From NCBI GenBank assembly GCA_964016885.1, contig OZ024762.1:26908001-26972000 (forward strand): 64,000 bases of DNA, in the 5' to 3' direction. The notes beneath the pieces were generated by a model. The model was not told the origin of the DNA and did not search any database. It was given only the letters and a program-made list of their open reading frames with translations. This DNA comes from Eledone cirrhosa (Eukaryota). Made by a program: the position numbers and the translations under genes. Within the stretch, counting starts at the first letter, position 1; each line of letters opens with the position of its first letter. Positions 18,497 to 34,758 of the stretch are shown piece after piece.

Positions 18497-18912
18497 TTAG
18501 TTAAGCAAAACAAGAGCACAAATTTCACAAGGATGACATTATTAAAAGATTGTCAACATATTTTAGTTTGATGTAAGAAATGTAGAGAATAATTATAATA
18601 ATATTAATAATAACAATTGTTTCTACTTCAGGCACAAGGCCAGCAATTACCCAGTGCATTACTGGTACTTTATTTTATCGACCCCGTAAGGATGAAAGGC
18701 AAAGTCAACCTCGGCGGGATTTGAACTCAGATCGTAAAGGGACGTAACTCCATGCTATGAAGCATGGCGTCCGACCCTCTAAATGTCCGTTTAAAATTGT
18801 TTCGCTACTCCATATAATATTTCTGGATCAAATGATTATAGATTATTGTTGATCTGGTTCAGTTGAAAATAATTAATATAGGAAAAATAGAGCAGTTCAT
18901 CGGAACTTCAAA
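18491..18912 (+). repeat. ~255-bp direct repeat, copy 1 (SINE-interrupted); copy 2 at 21667-21922
   Basis: TATTCATTAG..CATCGGAACTTCAAA is shared. Only copy 1 contains the SINE. Confidence 0.85.
18617..18781 (-). mobile_element. SINE copy (5'-truncated)
   Basis: GGCACAAGGCCAGC..ACTGGTACTTTATTTTATCGACCCCG..GATTTGAACTCAG, as at 8780. Confidence 0.9.
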
Positions 18913-21520
18913 TCTGACATAACCAATGATGAGATTGACTTCCTACTTATGACTAGGCAGACCATCATTGAATTCAACAAAGCACTCTGGACTAGAAAAG
19001 ACAGAACAGACAACTTTGAAGGACTGAAGGACCACAAATCAGACTTCGACCGCAAACCATCCATCAGGCTTATAAACCCGACAAAGTCGGACATAGGGTG
19101 AATCAGTAAGAACATCCTAGACGGCGTTATGCCTAAAGTTAAGCAAAACGCGAGACTTAGCCTATGGGTTAGCACCCAGGAAGTAATCTCATGGTTCAAG
19201 AATATTGAGGACAAACAGGACACAAAATTCATCCAGTTTGACATAGAGAGTTACTATGCATCTATTACCTTACCGCTCCTTACGGCCGCCCTGGATTTTG
19301 CCGAAACACCCACGCCCATCACCGACCAGGAAAGAAATATCATTCTCCACGCCAGGAAGACAGTCCTACTTTTCGACAACTCCAAGTGGATAAAGAGAGC
19401 TCCCGACTCCCCCTTCGACGTCAGCATGGGCGCGACCGATTCGGCCGAGGTCACAGATCTTATAGGATTATTCCTACTATTTAAACTCACCAAAATGTTT
19501 CCCGCATTCGGCGTTGGATTGTACCGAGACGATGGGCTCCTTACCCTCAAAGCGTTCAAACCCAGTAGTACAGACTGGGTCCATAAACAACTTATCAACT
19601 TTTTCCGGGACTGGGGATTTAAAATCACCCTACAAACGTCCATAACACGAGTAAATTTCATGGACGTTACCCTCAACCTCGAAATGATATGTACTACCCA
19701 TACAGGAAACCAAGCGACAGCCTACACTACATCCATCGCCGCTCTAACCATCCTAGAAACATCTCCAATAATCTGGTTAAAAACATCTCCCTCCGCATAT
19801 CTCGTTTGTCCGCTAATGAGCAGATATTCGACGAACATGCGCCTCATTACAACCAGGCCCTCAAGCGGGGTGGCTTCCGGGAGGAAATATCCTTTTATCC
19901 AGCTTCCTTTAGGTGAACCAGCAGGCAACGCCGCCACTCACGCAACGTAACGTGGTTGAATCCTCCCCCACAATGCCGAGGTGGCAACACTTATCGGGAA
20001 AATCTTCTTTAGGCTCCTCGAAAAACACTTTCCACCACAACACCGCTACCACAACATAATCAACAAAAACATTATCAAGCTATCCTGCAGCACCACACCT
20101 AACTTCGCACAAAACATCGTCTACTCAAACAACAAAAAACTCAACCCCTATGGAAGAAACAACCTAGAAATTAGTGGAGAGCCGACCAGGAGGTGTAACT
20201 ACCCTGATCCCGAGAACGTAACGTGATCTACCAGAGCAATGTGAGGACGGACACCTCCAACAAAGCTAATATAGGATTAACCGCTTGTGACTTTAAGACC
20301 CGGCTCTACCAACACCGACATACTTTCCGAAATCAGGTCCGGCGACATGCCACCACACTTTCGGGCCATATCTGGGACCTCTAAGATAATAATATAACTT
20401 ACCATCTTACTTGGAGCTTACTGTCCAGAGCTAACTCTTACACGGAAGGCCGCTGTCCGTGTAACTTATGCTCGGAGGAAACATTACAAATGCTGTTTTC
20501 GAAGGATCAACTCCTAAACAAAAAACACGAACTGGTAACTGCATGCAAAAACAGATTGCGGAAGACTTACCTCGCCCTCAAACACCCTAATGATCCGGGT
20601 GGGTAGACATGGGCTGAAACATCCCACTTGCCGAATAATATAGAGAAAACCCCAACTTATATAGGTAGATGTACCTCTTTACTTTTTCTCTATATTTTCT
20701 TCTTCCCTTTGTCTCCTCCTATCACTTCTTTCCACCACCGATCTTCTTCCTCGTTCGTTTCTTGTTTTTATCCCCTTTCGCCTACCCTGAGGCAGCCCAT
20801 CGGGCCTCTTTAGCCTCAGTACCCCCACCCCAGTCACCTATAGATAGCATTGGCCGATTACGCTATACTATCTATTCATATCAGCTGTTTTAGACCCCAG
20901 AGATGTGGTATTAATTTTTAATAACCAATTCCAAATTTTCAATAATTCTCATCTAGCAACTCATTCTATAGCATTGGCCGAAAAAGCAGAACCAACTAAA
21001 TATAGCAGCTGTGTTAGACTCCTTAGTTTTTGTTTTATTTCACTTCTCAATTTCCAATCTTGCATTCTGATATATCTTTCTCTCATTTTTAAATATATTT
21101 TTTTTTATTATATTTTTTCATTGTCCCCTAATCCCATTTGATTTACCAATTCTATAACGTCCCTCCTTCTTTTTCTAAAGAAACCTATTGTCGCCTACCT
21201 CTTCTGGCCTACTTTCATACACATTCCTTAGAATTTGCCGGGTAGATTTCATCTTCAACGTTTGACCGACTCTACCCACCCTCCTATCGTTCTACAGGCA
21301 AGTTAAGCCACCCCACCTCGCACCCACTGCCATGATAGACTTTTCTGTGTCTGCTACACATTTTGACCAATCATCTTGAAAACTACAATCTTCCCATATA
21401 AGGAAGTACCCCTTGAAAAGTTCGGCTATTTATCTACCAGACTAAAAAAACTCTTACTTTAGTCCAGAAATAGCCGTCGAAACGGCTTGAGCTCTGCCGT
21501 CGGGGTCATACTTTCTCCTA
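18913..21520 (+). mobile_element. Penelope-like element (RT + GIY-YIG), decayed, with 3' pLTR
   Basis: LKDHK..RLINPTKSDIG, QFDIESYYASI, GLYRDDGL, NFMDVTLNL, PYRKP, SNHP, WLNPP, IGLT..FKTRL, CNLC. Contains frameshifts and stops. Hammerhead at 21408. Confidence 0.92.
21408..21506 (+). ncRNA. Type I hammerhead with U3-A8 core variant
   Basis: acccc TTGAAAA g-tt-cggctattt..aaatagccg-tc GAAA cggc-ttgagctct-gccg TC ggggt, with a GUC triplet. Its 3' half recurs inverted at ~14830-14877. Confidence 0.8.
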
Positions 21521-22319
21521 TACATACATATATATATACACAGTTCAAAAGTAACCAATCTTAAAGAGAGAGATGGAGATAAAGGCAAGTGCTCAATGTG
21601 CAATATGCACTGGAAGGCAGCTAGGTGGCTGGGTTCATGTAGAGGTTAGGTGCACAGAGCTGGAAATATTCATTAGTAAAGCAAAACAAGACCACAAATT
21701 TTACAAGGAAGACATTATTAAAAGAGTGTCAACATATTTTAATTTGATGTAAGGAATGTAGAGAATAATAATAATAATATTAATAATAATAATGTCCGTT
21801 TACAATTGTTTCGCTACTCAATATAATATTCCTGGATCACATGATTATAGATCATTATTGATCTGGTTCAGTTGAAAATAATTAACATAGGAAAAAATAG
21901 AGCAGCTCATCGGAACTTCAAAAGGAATATAAATTAAAACAAGGAAAGAATGTTACATAAATGTAATGTTCCATATATTGGTATTTCACTATGGTGTCCT
22001 GGGTATATCAATAGTCTGCCATAGTCGAGCAGTATTCTTCTGTCGAGGCTGCATTATGTGAGATCTGCCTATGGGTAACAATATGGCCGCCAATGGACAT
22101 ATTTACATTACTAATTAGAGGGTGGTTTCAGGGGAAGTAACTCCTCGAGAGATTAGAAATTCTGGGTAGTTTATAGTTAAGTGCTAATTTTTTAATTTTT
22201 TAATTGAGAGAAAATGTAAGGGAGGCAACTTATAATTATTTAAGTTAGTTATACCTATTTAACTTATTAACTACAAGTAAAAATGCTGCTAGATGACTAT
22301 GTTGGGTCAAAAATTCTGT

Positions 22320-23530
22320 TGGCGAAGAAATTAGCCCTTCGATGTTGATAGCTAATAGTTACCTCCGTTCTATCCTTAATCGGTAGAGGTCGTGATAGAG
22401 TTATGTAATATGCTTCGGTAAGACAGAGGTCACAAGATTTCTTCGTCCATTGAACGGTCGGGCCCTAGCTAAGATATCCCATGTTAGTGAGTGTTCAATG
22501 TTGGTTAATTTAAGGTTTTTAATGAGCCTAGCTAGAGATGTCAAACATCAGTTGTTAGGGTCTCGGAAGGAAAAAGAGTGCGCGTTATAGTGTACCTTAA
22601 AAGGGTTAGATGTAGACCCGATATAGGAGCTGGTATGCGAAGCAGTTTTAACCGTGCCCCTATAAACTATATTGGGTGTCAGGCAATGTCAATTTAGTGG
22701 GCATGCATTGGTGTAACGGCAGTTACAGTTACTTCTGCGGTAAGTGAGAGTAGGGTTGTTTAACCTAAGCGGTTGGTCAGTGTTAGAAGGCTTAGATGTG
22801 GGAGGTGTGCTACTAGAGTAAGTATTGGTGTAGTGGCGTGGTGTATTTGATGGGGGTGGTGGTACCGCGGTGTGGGAGTTATACTGTCTTAGTTTATGAT
22901 GGTTACTGAATGCGATGTGGCTAGCTAGGTTAGGTGTTGTGGAGAATGAGATTTTAATGTTATTTTTATTAAAGCGTTTGTAATATCTATGGTTGGGGGG
23001 GGGGGGAATCTTTAGATAGGATAGAGAAGAAACGTTTAGGGATATTAATGGCTAGATTAGATGAGAATGGGGGGTTAAGACAGGTGATAATTCTAGGCCT
23101 AATCTTTCTAGGGGTTCTAGTGGAGTTGGTAGGGGCCTTCATAGGGTTATTATTACCTGGGCATTTGTTATTTGTCATCCCATTGCTCATTCCTATTCTA
23201 GGGTTGATTTTTAGTTTGCTACTTGGAGTGGGAAGCAGGCCACTGTCACCATTAAGGTTCCCTGTATAAGTGCTGTTACTGCTAAAATCCCGGCGAATCT
23301 GGATATATGCTAAGGTATTTCTAGTTCTAGTGTTAAGTTTATTCTGGTTGTGGTGAATTGCTGTGTTATGGCATTTAGGTATGTAGTAAATGGACTGTTC
23401 ATAACCAAATTCAGAAAGAGCCTTATTATAATATGCCGCATTGTTTATAAATATCTCCTCCTTTGCTGATAGCATGGAGATCCTATACGAGATAGATTTG
23501 ATTACTGCTCTGATGACTGCCGGTGGGTGG
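22320..23530 (-). mobile_element. Penelope-like element C-terminal fragment (thumb, linker, GIY-YIG)
   Basis: HPP..RISMLS, CLNPPFS, FSTTPNL, CNCRYTNACPL, VYRGTV..YIGST on the minus strand. Confidence 0.85.
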
Positions 23531-23821
23531 TATAAAGATTTTTATAAAATAAAAATAGTCAAAGTTAATAATTTCTAGTAAAAATATATATGTGGGGTAT
23601 ACTATTTAAGTTTTATTTTATATCATCAAGTAAATAGAGGAAATTCCTAGAAGGATTTATAAACGTAGAAAAAAAACTTAGAGAAAATCTATTATAATAT
23701 AACGTCATCTTTTGTTTACAAAATCTATGGAGGTTTGAGCGAAAATCTCAGGCTAAACAAAAGAAGATCAAAGGCTTAATATATAATGAGAAAACCAAAA
23801 TAATACATTGTAGAATATAAT

Positions 23822-23934
23822 TGTTTCTACGTTAGGCACAAGGCCAGCAATTACCCAGTGTATTACTGGTACTTTATTTTATCGACGCCGTAAGGATGAA
23901 AGGCAGAGTTAACCTCGGCGGGATTTGAACTCAT
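23822..23934 (-). mobile_element. SINE copy with 15-bp target-site duplication
   Basis: ATTGTAGAATATAAT at 23807-23821 and 23935-23949. Confidence 0.9.
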
Positions 23935-23984
23935 ATTGTAGAATATAATGAAAGATGTGTAAGGATAACAGTGACTCGTGAAAG

Positions 23985-24560
23985 GTCTTGTAGGATTTAT
24001 GATTACAAAGTCCAAATAAATCGGTTCTTCGATTTATTATTGTGTTGAAATTCTAGATAATGGTAAATTTTTCTGCTAGACATAAATTACAAACACTAGA
24101 TATGGAAGCATTGGAGTACGGCGATGCGTTGTTTATTTTACGCAAAGAAATTTCGTAATTTGTGTTTTTGTCTTTTAAGGACCAAATAAGTTCTGAGAGT
24201 GCGGTGCTGGTCCTTATAAGTGGAGATTTAAACGTAGAAAAATGATTATAGATTCTTGCTTTAAAAGAGGTAGAAGTAGAGCCAACAAGCAAGATTCTAT
24301 AATACTTGATCTATTTAAGCAAGATTCTAAATACTTGATCTTTTTAAGCATCTTAACTTAAACATTGAATTCGAGAATAATGATAAACTAGCAAATTTCC
24401 TTGATATATCCCTTAATCTAGATACCGGCCTATATTACCCATATCATAAGGATCATGAGAACTTAAATTACGTTAACTTTAAATCTAACCACCTTAATAA
24501 CGTTAAAACTGCCATAGTCAAAAGCGTAGAAAAAAGAATTTCTAATTTATCTTCTAACCA
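23985..24560. mobile_element. Back-to-back PLE fragments: GIY-YIG end (minus, to ~24290) and RT part (plus, ~24340-24560)
   Basis: Minus: VGSTSTSFKARIYNH..TALSELIWSLK..CNLCLAEK. Plus: NFLDISLNLDTGLYYPYHK..KSNH..KRISNLS. Confidence 0.8.
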
Positions 24561-24599
24561 GCAGTAAAGCCCGGCGTTGCTCGGGGCTGCAATAAATAC

Positions 24600-24869
24600 G
24601 AGAGTGTAATGTTCATCAATGCAACCCTTAGAGGTGAACTAGCTTACAAATTTGGAAGGGCCCTAGATAAACTTAAACTAAATATTAAGATAGTGGAAAG
24701 ACCAGATACTTCCATAAAAACACTTATTAGTAATGCATACCCTTTTCAACGACCTCACTGTATAGATAAGAAATGCATAATCTGTAAACTAAGCCCCCAT
24801 ATTAACTGCAAAACTAGAAACATAATATATAGCATAAGATGTACTGAGGGACAATGTAAAGATAAGAAT
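24600..24869 (+). mobile_element. Fragment of a different PLE type (Cys-rich linker before GIY-YIG)
   Basis: IKIVERP..HCIDKKCIIC..NCKTRNIIYSIRC..C. Confidence 0.6.
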
Positions 24870-25012
24870 ATAATTGTTTCTACTTTTGGCACAAGGCCAG
24901 CAATTACCAAGTGCATTACTGGTACTTTATTTTATCGACCCCGTAAGGATGAAAGGCAAAGTTAACCTCGGCGGGATTTGAACTCAGAATGGCAAGGACC
25001 GTAACTCTATGC
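24870..25012 (-). mobile_element. SINE copy with 14-bp target-site duplication
   Basis: GTAAAGATAAGAAT at 24856-24869 and 25013-25026. Confidence 0.9.
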
Positions 25013-25152
25013 GTAAAGATAAGAATGTACAGCCGTACTAAGAGTGAGAAATGATATTTCACTTTTTCCATTCATATATATGTATATATATATGTATATA
25101 TAGAATAAGAAAAAGCGAAGTACTTTCAGATGTTAAAGTCTTTAATGATAGC

Positions 25153-25210
25153 GCTGTGATACATATTTCAAGGGCGACGGTGTGCCAGTGCCGCGACATC
25201 TTCAGACAGC
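25153..25210 (-). ncRNA. Type I hammerhead (left arm of inverted repeat 25103-25255 / 25571-25740)
   Basis: Minus strand: gctgt CTGAAGA tgtcgcgg..ccgtcgccctt GAAA tatgta TC acagc. Confidence 0.8.
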
Positions 25211-25615
25211 TTGTTACATATTAAGGTTATGTTTCCGAGGCAATCCAAATTGAATTGATCAATTCTACTGTCCCTGCTTAATTTAGGGTAGTATTGAGAC
25301 CTATTGATACTCATACTCTCCCAACCCCACTAGCTTTCGGCTGACTGCCACTGGCTGGGTGGCTAGCAGTAAGCTACATATTACAGGCTTGAATAGCTCA
25401 TTGTTTGGTTGAGAGAGGTAACTGCCTAGACGAATTTCGTAGAACTCTGCGGTAGATGATGGTCAACTTCCTTCGGACCTGCGCCTGCGCAGACCGGTGG
25501 GCGTGAATTGGTAGTCACAAGGGAACGGGCGAAGAACTCAAGAGCACACGCTTTATCCGTTCCCATGTCGATTCAATTTAGATTTTCTCGGAAACATAAC
25601 CTTATTCTTTAACAA

Positions 25616-25689
25616 GCTGTCTGACGATGTCGCGGCACTGGAGCACGGAACCGTGTGGCCACTGTGGCCATTGAAATATGTATCACAGC
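25616..25689 (+). ncRNA. Type I hammerhead (right arm)
   Basis: gctgt CTGACGA tgtcgcgg..ctgtggccatt GAAA tatgta TC acagc, with an AUC triplet. Confidence 0.8.
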
Positions 25690-25842
25690 ATTTTCATTAA
25701 AGGACTTTAACATCTGAAACTACTTCGCTTTTTCTTATTCGATATATACTCCGTCACTCCTATGTGGGATAAGTACGTTGAGTGCTTGAATTGAATTAAT
25801 CAATGTTTACCTTAAGTATATATATATATATATATATATATT

Positions 25843-28800
25843 TATAACTTTGATAACTTTGATAACTTTGATAGGTTTGGGCCAGTATTGGCCCAGGCCA
25901 TGTTTAACTTAATAGCACCACCTGGCGAAGTCTTACAAATCAGTGTTTGGGCACCATGGCCCACTCGAGCAGAGAGTTATTGTTTACGGAGGCATATCCG
26001 GGTGTAGGAGGCTTACCGGGATTTCTTGAAGGAATTTATCCAAAGACTTCTTGAACTTGATGGGGTGTGTCTCTGCTTTGATGTGTGTTGGTGTAATGTT
26101 AAAGAGTGCAGGGCCAATTGAGGTGAAATAATTGTGCCGTATTGTTGTTATGTGATGCGAGTGGGATTTTTGTTCTGGGCGGAGAGCACGGGGCCCAAGC
26201 CTTCGGTGTACACTAAAGGTGATGCCAACATCATTTGGGCAAAGCTGATGGAATATTTTTCACATCATACAGATAATGTAGCGCTCACGGCGACGTGGAA
26301 GAGAATAAAGTTTGAGCTTTTCTAATCAGCTCCAATAGTCAAGGCCTGTCATGCCATCTCTCTTTTTTGTAATTGACCTTTGGGGTGCTTCAACTTTCAT
26401 GATACTTTGTTTCGTGTGGGGTGACCACAGTGGACAACAGTATTCAAGGTGGGGTCGGGCAAAGGTGGAGAAGAGAAGTATAACAGTGTGGATATCTCTC
26501 GACTGGAAAGTTCTAAGAATCCTGGAACACATTCTGCGGGCCATATCAACTTTGCTGTTTATATGAGTGGCCCAGCTTATTTTGTTGTCTACAATTACTC
26601 CCAGGTCTCTGATCTTATCGGATGCTACTAGAATTTCACCCGAAGGAAGAGAATATGGTAGTTTCAGGGCATCCTTTTTTCCAAAGTGGATTAATTAAAA
26701 TTTATCTTCATTGAACAGCATATTATTCATCTCTGCCCATTGGATAACAGCCAGTAGGTCTGGCTGAAGGCAAGTCCAGTGACCCGCCTCATTGATGACC
26801 CTTTGGAGCTTGGAATCATCTGCGAAGATTCTGATGTTGCTGTGCTTGATGATGTCAGTAATGTCATTAATGTAGATGATGAAAAGAAGTGGGCTCAACA
26901 CAGTGCCTTGTGGGATGCAACTGCTGACATTGGCAGGGCTTGATTTTACTCCTTCGACTACAACATGCTGGGTTCTGCCTGTCAGGAAACATTTGATCCA
27001 CTGTAGTAACCTTCCAGAGACACCAACATTGGATAGATTGTTCAGTAGAATCTTATGATCAACCCTGTCGAAGGCCTTGCTGAAGTCAAGATAGATGACA
27101 TCAGTGTTGGACCCCTCTCCCAAGGCTCTCAAACATCGACAAATGATGCAGGAGCCGCGTTAGGCAGTCCCTTCCATTACGGAACCAATGTTGGTTGGAG
27201 TTCAGCAGGCCGTTGCTTTCAAGAAAGTGGGTTATTCGTGATACCAACACCCTCTCAAATACCTTGATAATATGAGATCGGACGGTAGTTCACTGCAAGG
27301 GACTTATTTACCTTTTTGAAGACTGGGACAACGGATTGGGACAGAAAGTTTTCAGCAATATAGCCAGTGTCCAGTGAGGTCCTCCACACATTAGCAAGCG
27401 GAGATGCAAGTTGGTTTCGACACACCTTCAGGACACAAGCAGAGAACCTGTCAGGGCCTACCACTGAATTGTGTGTAATTTCGTTTATTGCCGCTAAGAC
27501 ATCTGGGGCGCCAAACGTTATGTCTGATATAGTTTGTTGGGGGTTAATATCACTGATACGGCCCAGATCGTCCATATCAGGATTGTTGAAACCAGAGCAG
27601 TATTGTTTCTGCAGTATCTCGTCCATGGTTTTGGCATTGTCCTGGAGTGTGCCATTCTCATCAGCTAGGGGGCCAACAGTGGAAAAGGTGACCTTGTGTT
27701 TTTTAGAAAATGAAAAGAACACTTTAGGGTTGAGTTCTATTTTCTCAATGGCCCACTTCTCTTCAGCTATTCTCTGGTTATTGATGATGGTCATCATGCG
27801 TTGCTAGAGGTTATATTTATTTGACTCAAGCAGGGTGATAGCCATTGAATGCGTGTGTTGCTGTTGGCAGTATTTTAGTGTGTTAATTTTTTTGTTTGTT
27901 CTTTTTATTTTTCCGATAATTGTTTTTCTGTTTTGGGGGATACTGCACTTGGTTTTGTTCACAGGTTTTGGTGGGGTGTGTTTTGTACATATATTTGTGA
28001 CAGTGTCTACAAAGATGCCAAGGTGCTTTGATGTTGGTGGAAGTGTGTGCGTGTGTAAAAGACCAGTAGACATGTGATAGTTCGTTCATAATTGCATCCC
28101 AGTTGGCATTGTAGAGATCCATGTTATCAAATGTGTGGGCTGGAGAGAGGACCCTGGGATTAGCTTTCGGCTGGTGGAATCTCAGGTTTCAAAGAACCAT
28201 GTAATGGTCGGAGAGAAGGGTTTTTTCCACAGTAATATTATGTATAGTGTTAGTGTGGTTACTAAACACTAGATCTAGAATGTTCTTCTGATGCCTCGTT
28301 CGTGCAAGGACAAGTTGAGACAAGAAAAACTCATTCATGAAGTCAAGAAGTGATTCGACAGCCTCTTTGTCAGTGGTTGAGGCCGTGGAGCCTGGTTTCA
28401 AACTACATGTAGACCAATCGACACAGAGTAGATTAAAGACTCCCATCAAAAGTATGTTGCTAGAATGGTACTGTTTAATAAAACATTTAATACTGTTGAG
28501 GCATTCTTTGAAGCAGATTATAGGGGTCTGTGGTGGCCTATAGAGCCCAACTAATGTCAGGTCATTGGCTTTATTGTGCACAGTGACTGATTCACAGTAT
28601 CCATTAGAGAATGTTGTGTTGCCATCTGCCGTAAAGGAATCATGCAGGAAAATGGCAGTTCGACCCTTCCCTCTACCAACACGATCCGCACGGATGGTTG
28701 TGAAATGTCTCTCTTACGTCGGCCTCCAAGTGGGAGTTGTCAAGGTGGATCTCAGTAAGAATGAAGAAGGGGATGTGAAATAGATGGTTACCAACCCAAT

Positions 28801-29240
28801 CCTCAATGAATTGGATCTTCCATTTCTGTGCATTGATGGATGGGCTGATACCTTGTGTATTGAGTAAGAATGTGGACGCTAGTGTGGTGGCTGGTTTTGA
28901 CGGTTGTAGGGGGCTTGTTTCGAGATTGTGTGTTAGTGACAGCAAGAATAGTGTTGGGTGATGGCTAAAATGTTTTTCTCTATCTCTTTTTCCAGGTTCA
29001 TGGCTAAAAAAGAAAGATTTTTTTTTCGTTCAGGAAGCAGTTTTTGATTGGATTTGTGGTTACAACATTGGATAGGGTTGCAGTTCCCTCTTTTGTTGTT
29101 GTTGTGTTTGTTGTAATTGTGTCTTTGTGAAAAAACTGGAGCAACGTTATTTTGGTTGATGTATTTGTTGTAGTTGTTGTAATCGTGTCCTTGTGAAAAG
29201 ATTGGAGCAGCATTACTTTTGTTGTTTTTGTTGTAATACA
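25843..29240 (-). mobile_element. CR1-group LINE, decayed
   Basis: APE (LLNTQGI, ILTEIHL, GLYRPP, ILDLVF, SDH) and RT (NYRPIS, YLDFSKAFDRVDH, PQGTVLSPLLF, FADDSKL, RPHLEYC). 3' tail of 9-bp ATAACTTTG repeats. Confidence 0.92.
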
Positions 29241-29244
29241 TATA

Positions 29245-29420
<176 letters not shown>

Positions 29421-29487
29421 TATATATGTATATATATATGTATGTATATATGTACATGTATATATATATATATGTATGTATATATGT

Positions 29488-30045
29488 CTCATGGTCCGGT
29501 CGTTGGCGACTAAACTGGCAACCCCACCAAGGTTTCTTGGTGAGGAGGGTGACTTTGGACATCCTGTAGGACTAAAAACAAAACCTGTCAAAGGGCAAAG
29601 GAGCTCTTAAGAGTCAATGACCATCCAAAATCACCGGGAGAGATGACCCCTTAGCCTTTGTCAAGGCAGAATTCTAGGAGAAGGAAAATTCTGATATAAC
29701 ACCTGCAACCCTGATGGTATCCAATGATGTTGACTTGTTCTTCTTTTTGGTAAATATCATCTTGGTTAAGAGAGTGGGACTGGCTTTGTGCAGTGCCTTT
29801 GCTCACTATAAAAGCTTCACGGCACAGGCATTGCTTTATATCTGGAGATCTCTCTGCACTTGTCGTCACATGGTACCATGGGCCCAGCACTATGTGTCAA
29901 TAATTGTCACAAGTGTAGTGTTTGTACCAGAGTTTTCAAATCGCTGACTGGACTAAAAAGCCACGCTCGTTCAGCGCATCGGTAGGGGTTCTCCTACATG
30001 GATATAAAGTAGTGGCCGTACTCGAAAACGAGTTGGCAACCACCA
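29488..30045 (+). mobile_element. ~550-bp bipartite non-autonomous RTE-derived element, copy 1
   Basis: The RTE-type 5' motif CTAGGAGAAGGAAAA(T/C)TCTG is joined to a 3' part encoding a terminal C2H2 finger ([22 protein letters not shown]). Flanked by (TA)n. Confidence 0.75.
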
Positions 30046-30162
30046 TATATATATATATATGTATGTATATATGTATACATATATATATATATGTATGTAT
30101 ATATGTATATATATATGTATGTATATATGTCTATATATATATATGTATATATCTATATATAA

Positions 30163-30302
<140 letters not shown>

Positions 30303-31108
30303 ATATGTATATATATATTGAGTTAAGAACTCAGGGTAGTCCCTTACAATTAAATAGCTCTAAGAAAAAAGATTTTCCGAGCCGTACAATATAATTGAAT
30401 AAACAAGAGAGATGAACAATAATATAAACATACATGTGTTCGAATCGTAAGGACTAACATTCAATCGAGATGTCCTTCATGCATTTGCTGTTGATTATGA
30501 GAACGGTTTCCTCAGATGAAGATCGATATATTTGATATGCCGCTGGCAGGGAAACAGCCATCCTAATGCCTGTGCGTCCAGCAGACATATGAGTTCTTTG
30601 AAGGGTTTGCCAGCCGTCGCGTTTGTTAGAAAAAGCTATCAACGAAAAATGACGAAAAGAACGATGAACCGTGTGCAACCAAAACCCAGTAGAGAGTTGA
30701 AGGAACACAAGGAGCTCTGAAGGGGGGGGGGTATATATTTAGTTGATGACCACCTATAGACAACAACAACAACGACAACGACAACTACAATAACAACAAT
30801 GACAATAACATCAAACCGCCGACCAAAGTTATCTACACTGGTCACAATAGTCGTGCTGATGCCAACACCCTATTGACAACAACAACAACTAAAACAACAG
30901 CTACAGTAAAAACACTTACAACGACAACAGCAACAAACAACAACAACAGCAAGAACACAGTCCAGCGTCGTGTATACAGGTCGTAATTAAAACAACGATT
31001 GTTGAGAGCTTTCTCCTGCTTACTCCTCTTTTTACCAAAACAATATTTTCCCAACACATACAGCTCCAGCACTGTTGAGCACTTTGAGAATAAGCGGCTG
31101 AAAATAGG

Positions 31109-33814
<2,706 letters not shown>

Positions 33815-33832
33815 AATGTATATATATATATG

Positions 33833-34019
<187 letters not shown>

Positions 34020-34088
34020 TATGAAGAGAGAAGAAACATTTAGATATAATTAGTAATAAAATGTATCATACCTAAACTGCTCCTAAAT

Positions 34089-34178
34089 TCCTCGACTACG
34101 TAGTTTCGTGGCATAAACAAAAACAATATATCATAAAGATATAGAGTCCCTGCGAGGTCTGCCGACTTATCAAGAGGA
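34089..34178 (-). ncRNA. Type I hammerhead with U3-A8 core and palindromic stem III
   Basis: Minus strand: tcctc TTGATAA gt-c-ggca..tgcc-ac GAAA ctacgtag TC gagga, with a GUC triplet. Confidence 0.85.
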
Positions 34179-34279
34179 TACCTCATTTTACTAGTCTCAA
34201 GAACGCGTCTACACGACGTGAGAAAGAATCCCAAAAGGCGGAGGGGGAGATAGTCACGCGATATAACGGTCGAGAAACA

Positions 34280-34332
<53 letters not shown>

Positions 34333-34361
34333 AAAGAATAAAGGTGTAACACACAAGTTAT

Positions 34362-34758
34362 TATATATTGGTAAACGGAATAGAAAATGCTGACAAATTG
34401 TTCACAGTTGAAAAATGGTTTAATTAGGAATAAAAGAGTATTAGTGATTGTATGGGTTAGTATTCAGTTGTGGTTTTAAGTTTTTAAGTTTTTACCGGTT
34501 GCGCATTTCTAAATGCTTTTCAAAAATAATTTTGAGATAGAGTGTCCGTGCTGTTTGCTCTGATCAGAGCAAACAGCACGGATACTCTATCTCAAAATTA
34601 TTTTTGAAAAGCATTTAGAAATGCGCAACCGGTAAAAACTTAAAAACTTAAAACCACAACTGAATACTAACCCATACAATCACTAATACTCTTTTATTCC
34701 TAATTAAACCATTTTTCAACTGTGAACAATTTGTCAGCATTTTCTATTCCGTTTACCA

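Noticed and set aside
19098-19100. In-frame TGA in the PLE RT aligned with a Cys codon of the 31.7-kb copy (possible selenocysteine)
   Set aside because: The copy has other stops and frameshifts, CGA-to-TGA decay explains it, and no SECIS element was identified.
21972-22036. Minus-strand hammerhead-like relic downstream of the 22.3-23.5 kb PLE
   Set aside because: The core reads CTGCTCGA and stems I and III are weak. The position is suggestive but the motif is insufficient.
30425-30525. Possible minus-strand hammerhead upstream of the 31.1-kb PLE (CTGAGGA..GAACACATGTA)
   Set aside because: GAAA is not intact and stem I cannot be closed convincingly.
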